From Gemmatimonadota bacterium (GTDB lineage: Bacteria; Gemmatimonadota; Gemmatimonadetes; Palauibacterales; Palauibacteraceae): a stretch of DNA of 64,000 nucleotides. Position 1 is the stretch's first letter. The number at the start of each line of letters is the position of its first letter. The notes beneath the pieces were generated by a model. That model saw only the letters and a list, made by a program, of their open reading frames with translations. It ran no database searches and was not told the origin of the DNA. Positions 10,712-19,365 of the stretch are shown here, piece by piece. The translations under genes were made by a program, and so were the position numbers. Location of the stretch: NCBI GenBank assembly GCA_965116475.1, contig OZ220691.1:849093-913092 (forward strand). The letters are read 5' to 3'.

Positions 10712-11098
10712 TCAGGGGCCGGGGGCGAGGTCGATTCCGCAGGCGGGACAGAAGGCTTCGCCGCCGACCAGGACTTCGGGGCATGCCGGGCATGTCCGGG
10801 GGGATGCCGTGGGCTCCCGGGGCTCGGGGGCGGGAGCCTTCGTGGGTCCACGGGCGGCGGCGTCCCGGGCGTCGATGGCCGCGCGCTCAAGGCGGGCCCG
10901 CGTGGCCTGGTACTCCTCTTCCTGGAGCTTGCCCGTTCGGTACTCCAGCTCGAGATCGCGGAGCGCCTCGATGGCGGCGTCGCGGCGCTCCGCAGCGCCG
11001 AGCGACGCGCCCGTGTCTTCGCCGGACCGGATCGCGGCCCAGATGATCGTGGCCAGCAGCACCGCGAGGATGACGCCGAAGAGGATGAATCCGGTCAC
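10712..11098 (-). CDS. small membrane protein with C-terminal zinc ribbon
   Basis: N-terminal TM helix (FILFGVILAVLLATIIWAAI), a charged coiled segment, then CPACPEV...CPAC, a four-Cys zinc ribbon. Its start overlaps the stop of the upstream TIGR00725 gene. Confidence 0.6.
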   Translation of the reverse strand: MTGFILFGVILAVLLATIIWAAIRSGEDTGASLGAAERRDAAIEALRDLELEYRTGKLQEEEYQATRARLERAAIDARDAAARGPTKAPAPEPREPTASPRTCPACPEVLVGGEAFCPACGIDLAPGP

Positions 11099-11616
11099 TC
11101 GTTCACCTCCCGTGGCGAACGCCGCTTCCGACGCGGACGCCCCTCCCGCCGATCCGCCGCGAGTTCGAGGGCCCGCGCCGCCGCCCCCGCCGCGTCCGCG
11201 GCCGCCTCGTCAACGACGCTTTCGGGCAGCGATGACGCGAGTCCGATTACGGGCACACCGAACTTCCGGCAGAACGCCGCCTCGCTGAGCGTGCCCCACT
11301 CGCCGGCGATCGCGACCACCGCCTCGGAGGCCCGCGCCACGATGACGTTCCGCGCCTCTCCGAGCCCGGTCGGGATCGGGATGTTGACCCCGTCCGCCGC
11401 CGCGCCCGGATCGCCGCCGGGCAGGATCCCCAGCACGGTCCCCCCTTCCGACGAGGCTCCGTCCGCCGCCGCCCGCATGACGCCGCCCATGCCGCCGCAG
11501 ACGACGATGGCCCCGGCGCGGGCGAGGGCCGCCCCCACCGCGTGAGCCAGGCCCGCTTCCGCCGGTGCCGCGTCTCCCGAGCCGATGACGCCGATCCGCA
11601 GCGGCCGCAAGCTCAC
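11095..11616 (-). CDS. TIGR00725 family protein (SLOG/Rossmann-like, LOG/DprA-related)
   Basis: LRIGVIGSG...AIVVCGGMGGVMRAAADGA...GILP...ARNVIVARASEAVVAIAGEWGTLSEAAFCRKFGVPVIGL matches the TIGR00725 consensus. Start is GTG at 11616..11614 (VSLRPLRIGVIG), which overlaps the dtd stop as GTGA. The upstream 100 codons of the ORF are Gly/Arg-rich artefact. Confidence 0.75.
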   Translation of the reverse strand: MSLRPLRIGVIGSGDAAPAEAGLAHAVGAALARAGAIVVCGGMGGVMRAAADGASSEGGTVLGILPGGDPGAAADGVNIPIPTGLGEARNVIVARASEAVVAIAGEWGTLSEAAFCRKFGVPVIGLASSLPESVVDEAAADAAGAAARALELAADRREGRPRRKRRSPREVNE

Positions 11617-12047
11617 CGCTCCAGTTGGAGGGTGACGGGGCCGTCGTTGACCAGCTCCACCTCCATCATCGCGCCGAACTCCCCCTCGGCGACCTCGCCG
11701 CCCCTTCGGCACAGCTCCACGAAACGGCCGTAGAGCGCCCGGGCCGCCTCCGGCCGCGCCGCCCCCGTGAAGGAAGGGCGCCGTCCGCGCGACGCATCCC
11801 CGTACAGGGTGAACTGGGACACGACCAGAAGCGCCGCCCCGACCTCCCGCGCCGAGCGGTTCATGCGGCCTTCCGCGTCCGCGAACAGACGCAGGTTCCA
11901 GAGCTTGTCCGCCATCCACGCCATCTTCGCCTCGGAATCATCCGGCGCGAAACCCGCGAGGACGGCCAGCCCGGGGCCGATCGCTCCCACGACCTCGCCT
12001 CCGACCCGGACGCGGGCCTCACTGACTCGCTGAATCACGACTCGCAA
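11613..12047 (-). CDS. dtd: D-aminoacyl-tRNA deacylase
   Basis: RVVIQRVSEARVRV...VSQFTLYGD is the DTD signature. TTG start at 12047..12045 gives the canonical M-R-V-V-I-Q-R-V N-terminus. Confidence 0.85.
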   Translation of the reverse strand: MRVVIQRVSEARVRVGGEVVGAIGPGLAVLAGFAPDDSEAKMAWMADKLWNLRLFADAEGRMNRSAREVGAALLVVSQFTLYGDASRGRRPSFTGAARPEAARALYGRFVELCRRGGEVAEGEFGAMMEVELVNDGPVTLQLER

Positions 12048-12907
12048 TTGCGTCGTCCCTTGCCGACCCCGGCCGCTCGCGGCTGACCGCTTTTTCCACA
12101 GCACGTCAAAATCGGTGAACGACGAAAAGATGCGACAGCGCTCGGTCCCGGGCGACTCCGCTGGCGACCGATCTGGCGGTCCGTTTCAAAATCCACGTTT
12201 TTTGGACAAAATACCCACAATTTATGGACATCATTTTTTTGAAAAAACGAGAAGCTTGATTCGAAGCGATGAGGCCTTCGGAGCGGCGTCATGCGCTGGC
12301 TGGGAATCGGATAGGACGAAGCGGATGAAGGGGAGCCAGCCCGCAGGCACCCGGCATCCTCGTCCGGGGCTCCGGCGGCGATCCACTTCAGGGGTCCGTC
12401 AACGATCCGCGATCCCGGCGAGGGGGCGCCCCCACGGGGCACTCTGGAAGATCGCGAACAGGCGAACAGGTATGGGTAGATGCACTCAGCCCCTGGCCAC
12501 CCGAAGGTGTCAGGGGCTGAGCAAGGAAGCTTGTTTACGGCCAACTACCGCCCGGTCCTGGTAGCTTGCGCGGTCTTCCAGAACCTCTCCGCGAGCCTGG
12601 TACCGTCTGTCCGACCAGCTGTGCTCGATCCCTCTTCCCTCGGTCGCCTCGTTCCGTCGCCGGAACTCCGCTTCCTCAGGCCCGGGACTCGCGCCCCGGT
12701 TTCGCGATCTCGCGTCGGGCAACTCGCGGTGCGGTCATCGGCCTCGACCTCCGGTCGGTCGGTGCCGCCTCCCTTAGCACGCCCTGATTCTAAAAAGATT
12801 TTTTTGGGTCGTCAACCTCAAACAGCGGCGAGTCGTATTTTTTTCAAAAATTGATTGATTGAATGGCCATTCCCCGTGCCGATTCGCGGGAGAAAACCGG
12901 ATTTTGT

Positions 12908-14911
12908 TCAGCGGCCGTGCCAGAGGTCGGTGGGGGCGGCGTCGATGCGCGAGCCGAATCGTTCGACGTGGGCGAGGAGGCGGTTGAGGAGGGCCTCCGG
13001 GGGCAGCGTTCGGCGGAGGCCGGCGACGGTCGCGATGATGACCAGGCGTTCGCGGGCCCGGGAGAGAGCGACGTTGAGCAGGCGGGGGAAGTCCCGGTTC
13101 CGGCGCTCGTCGAGGAACCAGCTGCGGCCGGGAGGCGCGTCCACGGTGTCGATGAGGACGAGGCGCTTCTCGCGCCCCTGGAAGCGGTGGATCGTGCTCA
13201 CCTCCAGTTCGGCGGGGGCGGCGCGACCGAGCCTGCGGCGGACGAGGTCGTTCAGGTGACGGGTCTGGGCGCGGTAGGGAGAGACCACCGCGATGTCGTC
13301 GATTCCGTCGCGGGCCGCCGAGCCGAGAAAGTCCGCGACGGCCTCGGCGTGAGCCCGGTTGCGCCGCGATCCATCCACGCGTTCGACCCGCGGATCGAGT
13401 TCGCTCGTGTCGAGCACGGTGAGGGCGGCCCGCTCCGTGGCCCGGCCCGTGGCCCGGCCGGCCGCGCGCTCCGCGATCTCCGGTGCGTCCCGGAGCCGCC
13501 CGCCGTAGAAGAACTCACTCACCAGTTCGCGGATGTCGGGCGCCATCCGGTATTGGAGGTCGAGCATCGCGCACAGCCCGTCGTTGGGTGAGGGCAGCAT
13601 GTCGTCGGCTTCACCCACCACGCCGGCTTCGCGGAACAGGTCGGTGCGCAGCCAGCGCATGGCCGCCGGGGCGGTGCTCGACACGACCGGGGGAAGCTGC
13701 TGGAAATCGCCGACGGCGATCGCGGGGCCCGCGACCCTCGAGGCAGCGAGCGCCACGTAGGGAAGCGGCGCCGTGCTCGCCTCGTCGATGAGCAGGGACT
13801 CGAACCTCAGCTCGCGGAGTTCCTCCCGAATCGAGAGCCGGGCGAAGGTGGTGAGGACGATGTGCGCCTCCTCCAGCGCGCGTTCCGCCTGGCGCGCGAT
13901 CTCGAGCATGACGCGGCCCAGGGCGCGCGCGGACTCCGCATCGCCCCGCGAGCGCGCGAGCGAGAGCAGGCGTCCGGCCCGGGCGTAGGGGTTGAGGGCG
14001 GGAGCCCCCTCGCGCGTCGCGGCCGGCGGGCGGGTGCGCAGCCGCCCCTCATGCTCCGCGAGCGTCCGGTCCACGCCGCCGGCCCCGCCCTCGATCCGGC
14101 GCGCCAGCGCCGCGCCCAGGTCGATGCGCGAGTCGGGCGCGGCGCCGAGGTCGAACCCCACGCGAATGATCCGGTCGCTGTCGAGCATGGCCGGATCCGC
14201 GATGGAGGCGAGGCGGCGCGCGATCTCGTCCACGGCCCCGTTGGTCGTCGCCGCGACGAGCACCCGGCCGCGGAGCGCGAGTTCAAGCGCCGCGCGCGCC
14301 ACGAGGCGGGACTTGCCGGTCCCGGGCGGACCCCAGACGAGTTGGGCGCTGCTGCCCAGCACCCGTTCCAGGGCGTCGCGCTGCGGCTCGTTCAGGTCAG
14401 CGGAAGAGTCGAGACGCGGGGACTCCCGGCCGAGGCGCGGCGGCAGGCGGCCGAAGGCACCGAGCACGGTGTCCGGGAAGAAGTCCCCCGGCTCGTGCCC
14501 CACCTCGGCCAGCCGCGTGGAGAGTTCGCGGAGGAGCCACGTGGGATCGAACTCGAGCTCGGCGCCGTCGAGGCGCTCTCCGAGCCACTCCGGGCTCACG
14601 GCCTGCAGGAGCCCGAGCGTGCGGTCGAAACGGTGGACGACACCGAGCGCGTCGCGCCCACCCGCGTGGATGCGCACGCGGTCCTCCGCGCGGATGTCGT
14701 ATGTTCCCCCCGCGATCTGGAAGGCGTAGCGATAGCCGGTCCCCACCTCTCCCCGCAGGCGTCCGGAGAGCGCCGGGATCGGCCCGTCCAGACGGCGGCG
14801 GGAGAGGTCGGCCGCGACCGCCTCGATCTCCTCCTCGATCGCCACGCGGAGATCCGCCAACAGAAGCCACAACGACTCCCGGGAGTCAGGAGCTTGCATG
14901 CCGGACCACAC
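12908..14911 (-). CDS. Upf1/DNA2-like superfamily I helicase (AAA_11 + AAA_12) with a 170-aa N-terminal domain of unknown function
   Basis: Walker A GPPGTGKS, motif II LLIDEAS, motif III DFQQLPPV, motif V/VI VSTIHRFQGREKRLVLID and LLNVALSRARERLVII. 667 aa. An alternative start is M5 at 14899. Confidence 0.8.
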   Translation of the reverse strand: MWSGMQAPDSRESLWLLLADLRVAIEEEIEAVAADLSRRRLDGPIPALSGRLRGEVGTGYRYAFQIAGGTYDIRAEDRVRIHAGGRDALGVVHRFDRTLGLLQAVSPEWLGERLDGAELEFDPTWLLRELSTRLAEVGHEPGDFFPDTVLGAFGRLPPRLGRESPRLDSSADLNEPQRDALERVLGSSAQLVWGPPGTGKSRLVARAALELALRGRVLVAATTNGAVDEIARRLASIADPAMLDSDRIIRVGFDLGAAPDSRIDLGAALARRIEGGAGGVDRTLAEHEGRLRTRPPAATREGAPALNPYARAGRLLSLARSRGDAESARALGRVMLEIARQAERALEEAHIVLTTFARLSIREELRELRFESLLIDEASTAPLPYVALAASRVAGPAIAVGDFQQLPPVVSSTAPAAMRWLRTDLFREAGVVGEADDMLPSPNDGLCAMLDLQYRMAPDIRELVSEFFYGGRLRDAPEIAERAAGRATGRATERAALTVLDTSELDPRVERVDGSRRNRAHAEAVADFLGSAARDGIDDIAVVSPYRAQTRHLNDLVRRRLGRAAPAELEVSTIHRFQGREKRLVLIDTVDAPPGRSWFLDERRNRDFPRLLNVALSRARERLVIIATVAGLRRTLPPEALLNRLLAHVERFGSRIDAAPTDLWHGR

Positions 14912-16334
14912 CGACTGGAGCGGGGATACCTTGCGCGCAGCGCTCGGGCGCGCGGCGGAATGGACCGTCGACTACCGGAAGCGCGTCGAGGAACGACCGG
15001 TCCTCCCCGCCATCGCCCCCGGCGATGTGCGCCGCGCGCTCGCGAAGGGGCCGCCGCGCGCCCCGGAACCCTTCGAGCGCGTGCTGGCCGACTTCGACGA
15101 GCACATCGTTTCCGGTCTCACCCATTGGAATCATCCGGGCTTCCTCGCCTATTTTTCGAGTTCGACGCGGGCGCCGAGCATCGCGGCGGAGCTCCTCGTC
15201 GCCGCCGTCGGCGTGAACGCAATGTTGTGGCGAACCTCGCCCGCCGCGACCGAAGTCGAGCGCATCGCGGTGGACTGGCTGCGGCAGGCCACAGGCCTCC
15301 CGGAAGCCTACTCCGGGCTGATCTTCGATACGGCGTCGACCTCCACCTTCACGGCCCTTCTCGCGGCGCGCGAGCGGGCGGGCGCCGGAGTGCGCGACGA
15401 CGGGCTCCCGGGGGGACCTGCCCTCGCGGTGTACACCTCCGAGCAGTCCCACTCCTCGGTGGAGAAATCCGCCATCGCGGCCGGACTCGGCCGGCGCTCG
15501 GTCCGGCGCATCGAGACCGACGCCGCGTTCCGGATGCGCCCGGAGGCGCTCGAAGCGGCCCTCGCCGACGACCTCGAGAGGGGGATTCGGCCGGCCATGG
15601 TGTGCGCGACGGTCGGCACGACGTCCACGGCGAGCGTCGACCCCGTCCCCGCCATCGCCGCCATCGCCGAACGGTACGGCGTCTGGCTCCACGTCGACGC
15701 CGCCTACGCGGGGCCGGCGGCCATGATCTCCGAACGGCGGCCCCTCTTCCGCGGCTGGGAGGCGGCGGACTCCATCGTCCTCAATCCCCACAAGTGGATG
15801 GGGACCTCGCTCGACTGTTCGGTGCTCCTGTACCGGGATGCGGACCCCTTCCGGGCCTCGCTCGCGCTGACGCCGACCTACCTCGAATCGGAGGACGACG
15901 AGACGAACCTCATGGACATCGGTCTCGCCCTCGGCCGCCGCTTCCGGGGGCTCAAGCTGTGGGTGCTGTTCCGCTGCGTGGGGACGGAGGGCCTCGCCGA
16001 GACCATGCGCCGGCACATCGCGATGGCCGAGAACGCCGCGGCCCGGCTCGTCGAGGGCGGGGTGTTCGAACTCGCGGCGCCGGTCTCCTTCAGCACCGTC
16101 TGCTTCCGTGCCGCGCGAGAAGGCGATCCAGCGGGCGAAGAGCGGTGGAACCGCGACATCGTCGCCCGCGTTAACGCCGGTGGACGCTCGTTTCTCTCGC
16201 ACACCGAACTCGACGGGCGTTATACTGCGAGGTTGTCCGTCGGGAGCGTTCACACGGAGGAGCGCCACGTGGACGACGCGCTCGAGGCGCTCCATCGGGC
16301 CGCCGCCGACCTTTCACCGGGAGAACCGGGTTGA
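14898..16334 (+). CDS. group II pyridoxal-dependent decarboxylase (aromatic-L-amino-acid / tyrosine decarboxylase-like)
   Basis: HWNHPGFLAYF, the S-x-H-K lysine in NPHKWMGTSLDC, and the overall AADC fold; 478 aa. Confidence 0.85.
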   Translation: MPDHTDWSGDTLRAALGRAAEWTVDYRKRVEERPVLPAIAPGDVRRALAKGPPRAPEPFERVLADFDEHIVSGLTHWNHPGFLAYFSSSTRAPSIAAELLVAAVGVNAMLWRTSPAATEVERIAVDWLRQATGLPEAYSGLIFDTASTSTFTALLAARERAGAGVRDDGLPGGPALAVYTSEQSHSSVEKSAIAAGLGRRSVRRIETDAAFRMRPEALEAALADDLERGIRPAMVCATVGTTSTASVDPVPAIAAIAERYGVWLHVDAAYAGPAAMISERRPLFRGWEAADSIVLNPHKWMGTSLDCSVLLYRDADPFRASLALTPTYLESEDDETNLMDIGLALGRRFRGLKLWVLFRCVGTEGLAETMRRHIAMAENAAARLVEGGVFELAAPVSFSTVCFRAAREGDPAGEERWNRDIVARVNAGGRSFLSHTELDGRYTARLSVGSVHTEERHVDDALEALHRAAADLSPGEPG

Positions 16335-17029
16335 ACGCCAGATTCCGTTTCGGACCCTTCGTAGCCGTCGCCGGCATCGTCTCCGGCATCGTCCTCACGG
16401 CCGGCTGCGCCGCGGAGGCCGGGAGCACGCAGGAGCGCTCCATCGTCCCACCCGATGCCCAGCTGGCGCGCGAGCGGGCGGACCGCAGCCGCATCAAGGG
16501 CGAGGAAGGCGCGCCCGTGAGGGTGGTGGAGATCTCCGACTTCCAGTGCCCCTACTGCCGTCAGTTCCACGAGCAGACGCTGACGAAGATCGACAGCGCC
16601 TACATCTCCAAGGGCAAGGTCAGCTACCTGTGGATCGCCTACGCGAATCCCGGGCATCCGGAGGCCTTCGTGTCCACCGAGGCGGCCTACTGCGCCGGAG
16701 CCACGGGCAAGTTCTGGCCCATGCACGACATCCTGTTCGAGCGCCAGGACGAGTGGAGCGGCGCCGCAGACCCCTATGCGCTCTTCGTCGGATACGCGGA
16801 GGAGATCGACATCGACCCCGAGTCGTTCGGCTCCTGCGTGCGGAACAGCACGCTCGCCCCGCTCGTGCTCCGCGACTACACCAGCGTCACCCAGGCCGGG
16901 ATCTCGAGTACGCCCTATTTCATCCTGGGCGACAGCGTGGCCCTTCGGGGCGCGGCCGACTTCGGCACCTTCTCCTCGGCGATCGACACCCTGCTCGTGC
17001 TGAAGGGCGGCGACACCCCGTCGCAGTGA
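16331..17029 (+). CDS. DsbA-family thiol:disulfide oxidoreductase lipoprotein
   Basis: Signal peptide plus lipobox (LTAGC) and a thioredoxin CPYC active site. TTG start overlaps the decarboxylase stop (TTGA). Confidence 0.8.
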   Translation: MNARFRFGPFVAVAGIVSGIVLTAGCAAEAGSTQERSIVPPDAQLARERADRSRIKGEEGAPVRVVEISDFQCPYCRQFHEQTLTKIDSAYISKGKVSYLWIAYANPGHPEAFVSTEAAYCAGATGKFWPMHDILFERQDEWSGAADPYALFVGYAEEIDIDPESFGSCVRNSTLAPLVLRDYTSVTQAGISSTPYFILGDSVALRGAADFGTFSSAIDTLLVLKGGDTPSQ

Positions 17030-17046
17030 CCGGGTCGCGCCCCGGG

Positions 17047-19365
17047 TCACGGACCGCCGAGGCGGATTCGGGGCCTTTCGAGCGCTTCGGCGATGCCGGT
17101 TCCCTCGCCGATGCGGTAGGCGCGGTCAAGCGCGAGGCCGGTGAGCCGGTCAACGGTGCCTGAACCCGGCCAGCGGATCTCGATGGACTCGATCCGGCTC
17201 GCCCGGCCCAGCCCGATCTCCTGGCGGAGCGGGTTCGAGCCGAAGCTCCCGCCCGTGCCGACCCGGCGATGGATCCGTCTCATCCCGTCCGGACCCTCGA
17301 CCGTCACCGCGATGCGGGCGCCGATCCCGGGCCGGTTCGCCCGCTCGCCCACCAGCGTGAGCGCGATCCAACGATGGTCGAACCCCGGGTTCTCGTACAG
17401 GGCGTTCGGCGAGAGGTCGCCCTCCATGGCGCCGCCGAGCTGGATGTGGACGTCGGTGTCTCCGTCGTTGTCGATGTCCACGAAGGAGACGTCATGTCCC
17501 TTGTGCAGACTCCCGAATCCGCCCGCGCCGGTGATCTCCTCGAAGCGGTCGCCGAGGTTGCGGAACATCCGGTTCGGCATCAGTTGCCGGAGGTCGGGGT
17601 CGCCGGTCCCGACGAGGAAGTCGAGCCAGCCGTCGCCGTCGAGATCGCCGTAGTTCGATCCCATCGCATACATGATCCGGTCGAGGCCCTGCGCGGCCGT
17701 GACATCGGCGAAGGTGCCGTCCCCCAGGTTCCGGTACAGGCGCGGGAGGGCGGCGGAGTGCGGTTCGCCGGTCATCTCGCGCACGAGGTCCGCGGTCTGC
17801 GCGGCGTAGCCCGCGACGTAGATGTCGAGCCAGCCGTCGTTGTCGAAATCCCAGAACCAGGTCGGGAAGCTGGCCGGCGGCTCGCCCACGCCGGCCCGGT
17901 CGGTCGCATCCTCGAAGGCCCAGCCGCCGTCTTCGGTCGGACCCAGGTTCCGATACAGGCGATTGGAGGCATGGAGGATCGAGAGATAGAGGTCCGGACG
18001 GCCGTCGTTGTCGTAGTCCCCCCACGCGACGCCCTTCACGAAATCCGTCACGCGGAGGCCGACGGTCGCACCGACCTCCTCGAACGTGCCATCGCCCCGA
18101 TTCCGGTAGAGTTCGCTGCGGTGGGCCAGACTGTCTCTCGATTCGTTCCCGATGAAGAGGTCGAGCCAGCCGTCGCCGTCGAAGTCCGCCCACGCGCCGG
18201 TCTGCGTCGGGTGCTCGGAATAGAGGCCGGCCTCGCGCGTCACGTCGGAGAAGACGCCGCCGTCGTTGCGCAGGAGCGAGTTGGGGAGCGGCTGGACGAG
18301 CCACCCGCCGCGGAGCACGAAGACATCCGCGTCGCCGTCGTTGTCGTAGTCCGCGTGGACGAGGTTGAGGCCGCCCAGGAGGCCCTGGAGCCCCGCCTCG
18401 GCCGTGCGGTCGACGAAGCGGCCCGCGCCGTCGCTCTCGAAGTAGCGGAGTTGGTGGAGCAGTCCGCGGGAAGACGTCATCACGTCCGGCAGGCCGTCGC
18501 CGTTGAGGTCGTCGACGATGGCGCCGCCGGAGAGGGAGACGGCATCCAGGCCGGCCCGCGCGGCCACGTCCTCGAACCGGGGGAAATCCCCTGCCCCGCC
18601 CACGGCCGCCGCCTCGATCCGGTACTCGGGCGGCACGCTGTCGGGCCACGTGCCGGCGGTCATGGCAGCGAGGTTCAGGACCCAGCGCGCCCGCAGGTCG
18701 TCGGGGCGCAACTGCAGGAGCGAGCGGTGCCAGCCGATCGCCGCGTTGAGGGCCGCGCGCGCCGAATCCGAGACCGGGCCGGGGGCGGTCGACGGGATCG
18801 CGGGCCAGCAGGGGGAGCGCGCGAGGGCCGGCTCGACGGTGCCCGCGGCGGGCCCCGCGGTGGGGCATGCGACCTCGGCGCCGAGGCGCAGGAAGGCGAT
18901 CCCGATGAGTTCCTCGATGGAGCGGCGGAAGCCGGGGAAGGGCTCGGCCGGAGTGCCCTCCAGCGTCTGGTCGACGAAGATGAGCTGTTCGAGCGCGGGC
19001 TGGGTGTGCCCCGCGTTGAGGAGTTCGCGCGCGGCGTTCGCGACGCGGACGAGCATCTCCGCGCCGTCGGGCGACGGCGGCAGGTTCGTGAGGTAGCGGA
19101 GGCGCGCCGTGTTGAGTTGCTCATCGAGCAGGGGGTCGGCCGAATCGGCCAGGGCGAGCAGGCGGGCTGCCATCTCGCGCGTCCCGTCCGAGGGACCGGG
19201 ACGGGCACCGGGGGGACCGTCGGCCGGCTCTCCGCAGCCGATGGGCAGCACCACGGCGACCAGCGCCACAGGGAGCAGCGCCGCCGCCGTCCGCCGTCGA
19301 TCCGGCGAACTGCGGACCCGTGCAACGGCGCCCCGCGCGCCGGCAGCGGCGTTGGCGGCATTCAT
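17047..19365 (-). CDS. CRTAC1-family protein (FG-GAP/VCBS repeats + ASPIC/UnbV C-terminal domain) lipoprotein
   Basis: Repeated DxDxDGxxD FG-GAP calcium-binding motifs and C-terminal ASPIC-UnbV (RIAVTVEG...IEIRWPGSG). Start chosen at MNAANAAAG, giving signal PIGCGE. Its ATG overlaps the stop of the next gene (ATGA). Confidence 0.8.
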   Translation of the reverse strand: MNAANAAAGARGAVARVRSSPDRRRTAAALLPVALVAVVLPIGCGEPADGPPGARPGPSDGTREMAARLLALADSADPLLDEQLNTARLRYLTNLPPSPDGAEMLVRVANAARELLNAGHTQPALEQLIFVDQTLEGTPAEPFPGFRRSIEELIGIAFLRLGAEVACPTAGPAAGTVEPALARSPCWPAIPSTAPGPVSDSARAALNAAIGWHRSLLQLRPDDLRARWVLNLAAMTAGTWPDSVPPEYRIEAAAVGGAGDFPRFEDVAARAGLDAVSLSGGAIVDDLNGDGLPDVMTSSRGLLHQLRYFESDGAGRFVDRTAEAGLQGLLGGLNLVHADYDNDGDADVFVLRGGWLVQPLPNSLLRNDGGVFSDVTREAGLYSEHPTQTGAWADFDGDGWLDLFIGNESRDSLAHRSELYRNRGDGTFEEVGATVGLRVTDFVKGVAWGDYDNDGRPDLYLSILHASNRLYRNLGPTEDGGWAFEDATDRAGVGEPPASFPTWFWDFDNDGWLDIYVAGYAAQTADLVREMTGEPHSAALPRLYRNLGDGTFADVTAAQGLDRIMYAMGSNYGDLDGDGWLDFLVGTGDPDLRQLMPNRMFRNLGDRFEEITGAGGFGSLHKGHDVSFVDIDNDGDTDVHIQLGGAMEGDLSPNALYENPGFDHRWIALTLVGERANRPGIGARIAVTVEGPDGMRRIHRRVGTGGSFGSNPLRQEIGLGRASRIESIEIRWPGSGTVDRLTGLALDRAYRIGEGTGIAEALERPRIRLGGP

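Noticed and set aside
12115-12564. 149-aa ORF starting MNDEKMRQRS (superficially like a tmRNA tag reading frame, ...NDE...)
   Set aside because: No tRNA-like flanks, and the frame continues 149 codons with low-complexity sequence, so it is neither a tag peptide nor a credible protein.
12100-12900. tmRNA, RNase P RNA or SRP RNA in the long intergenic region
   Set aside because: Looked for GGGG...UCGAC 5' and T-arm/CCA 3' hallmarks of tmRNA, AAGUCCGG of RNase P P4, and GGAAGGAAGCAGC of SRP domain IV. Only a weak AAGGAAGC resemblance was found, so no class assignment is justified.
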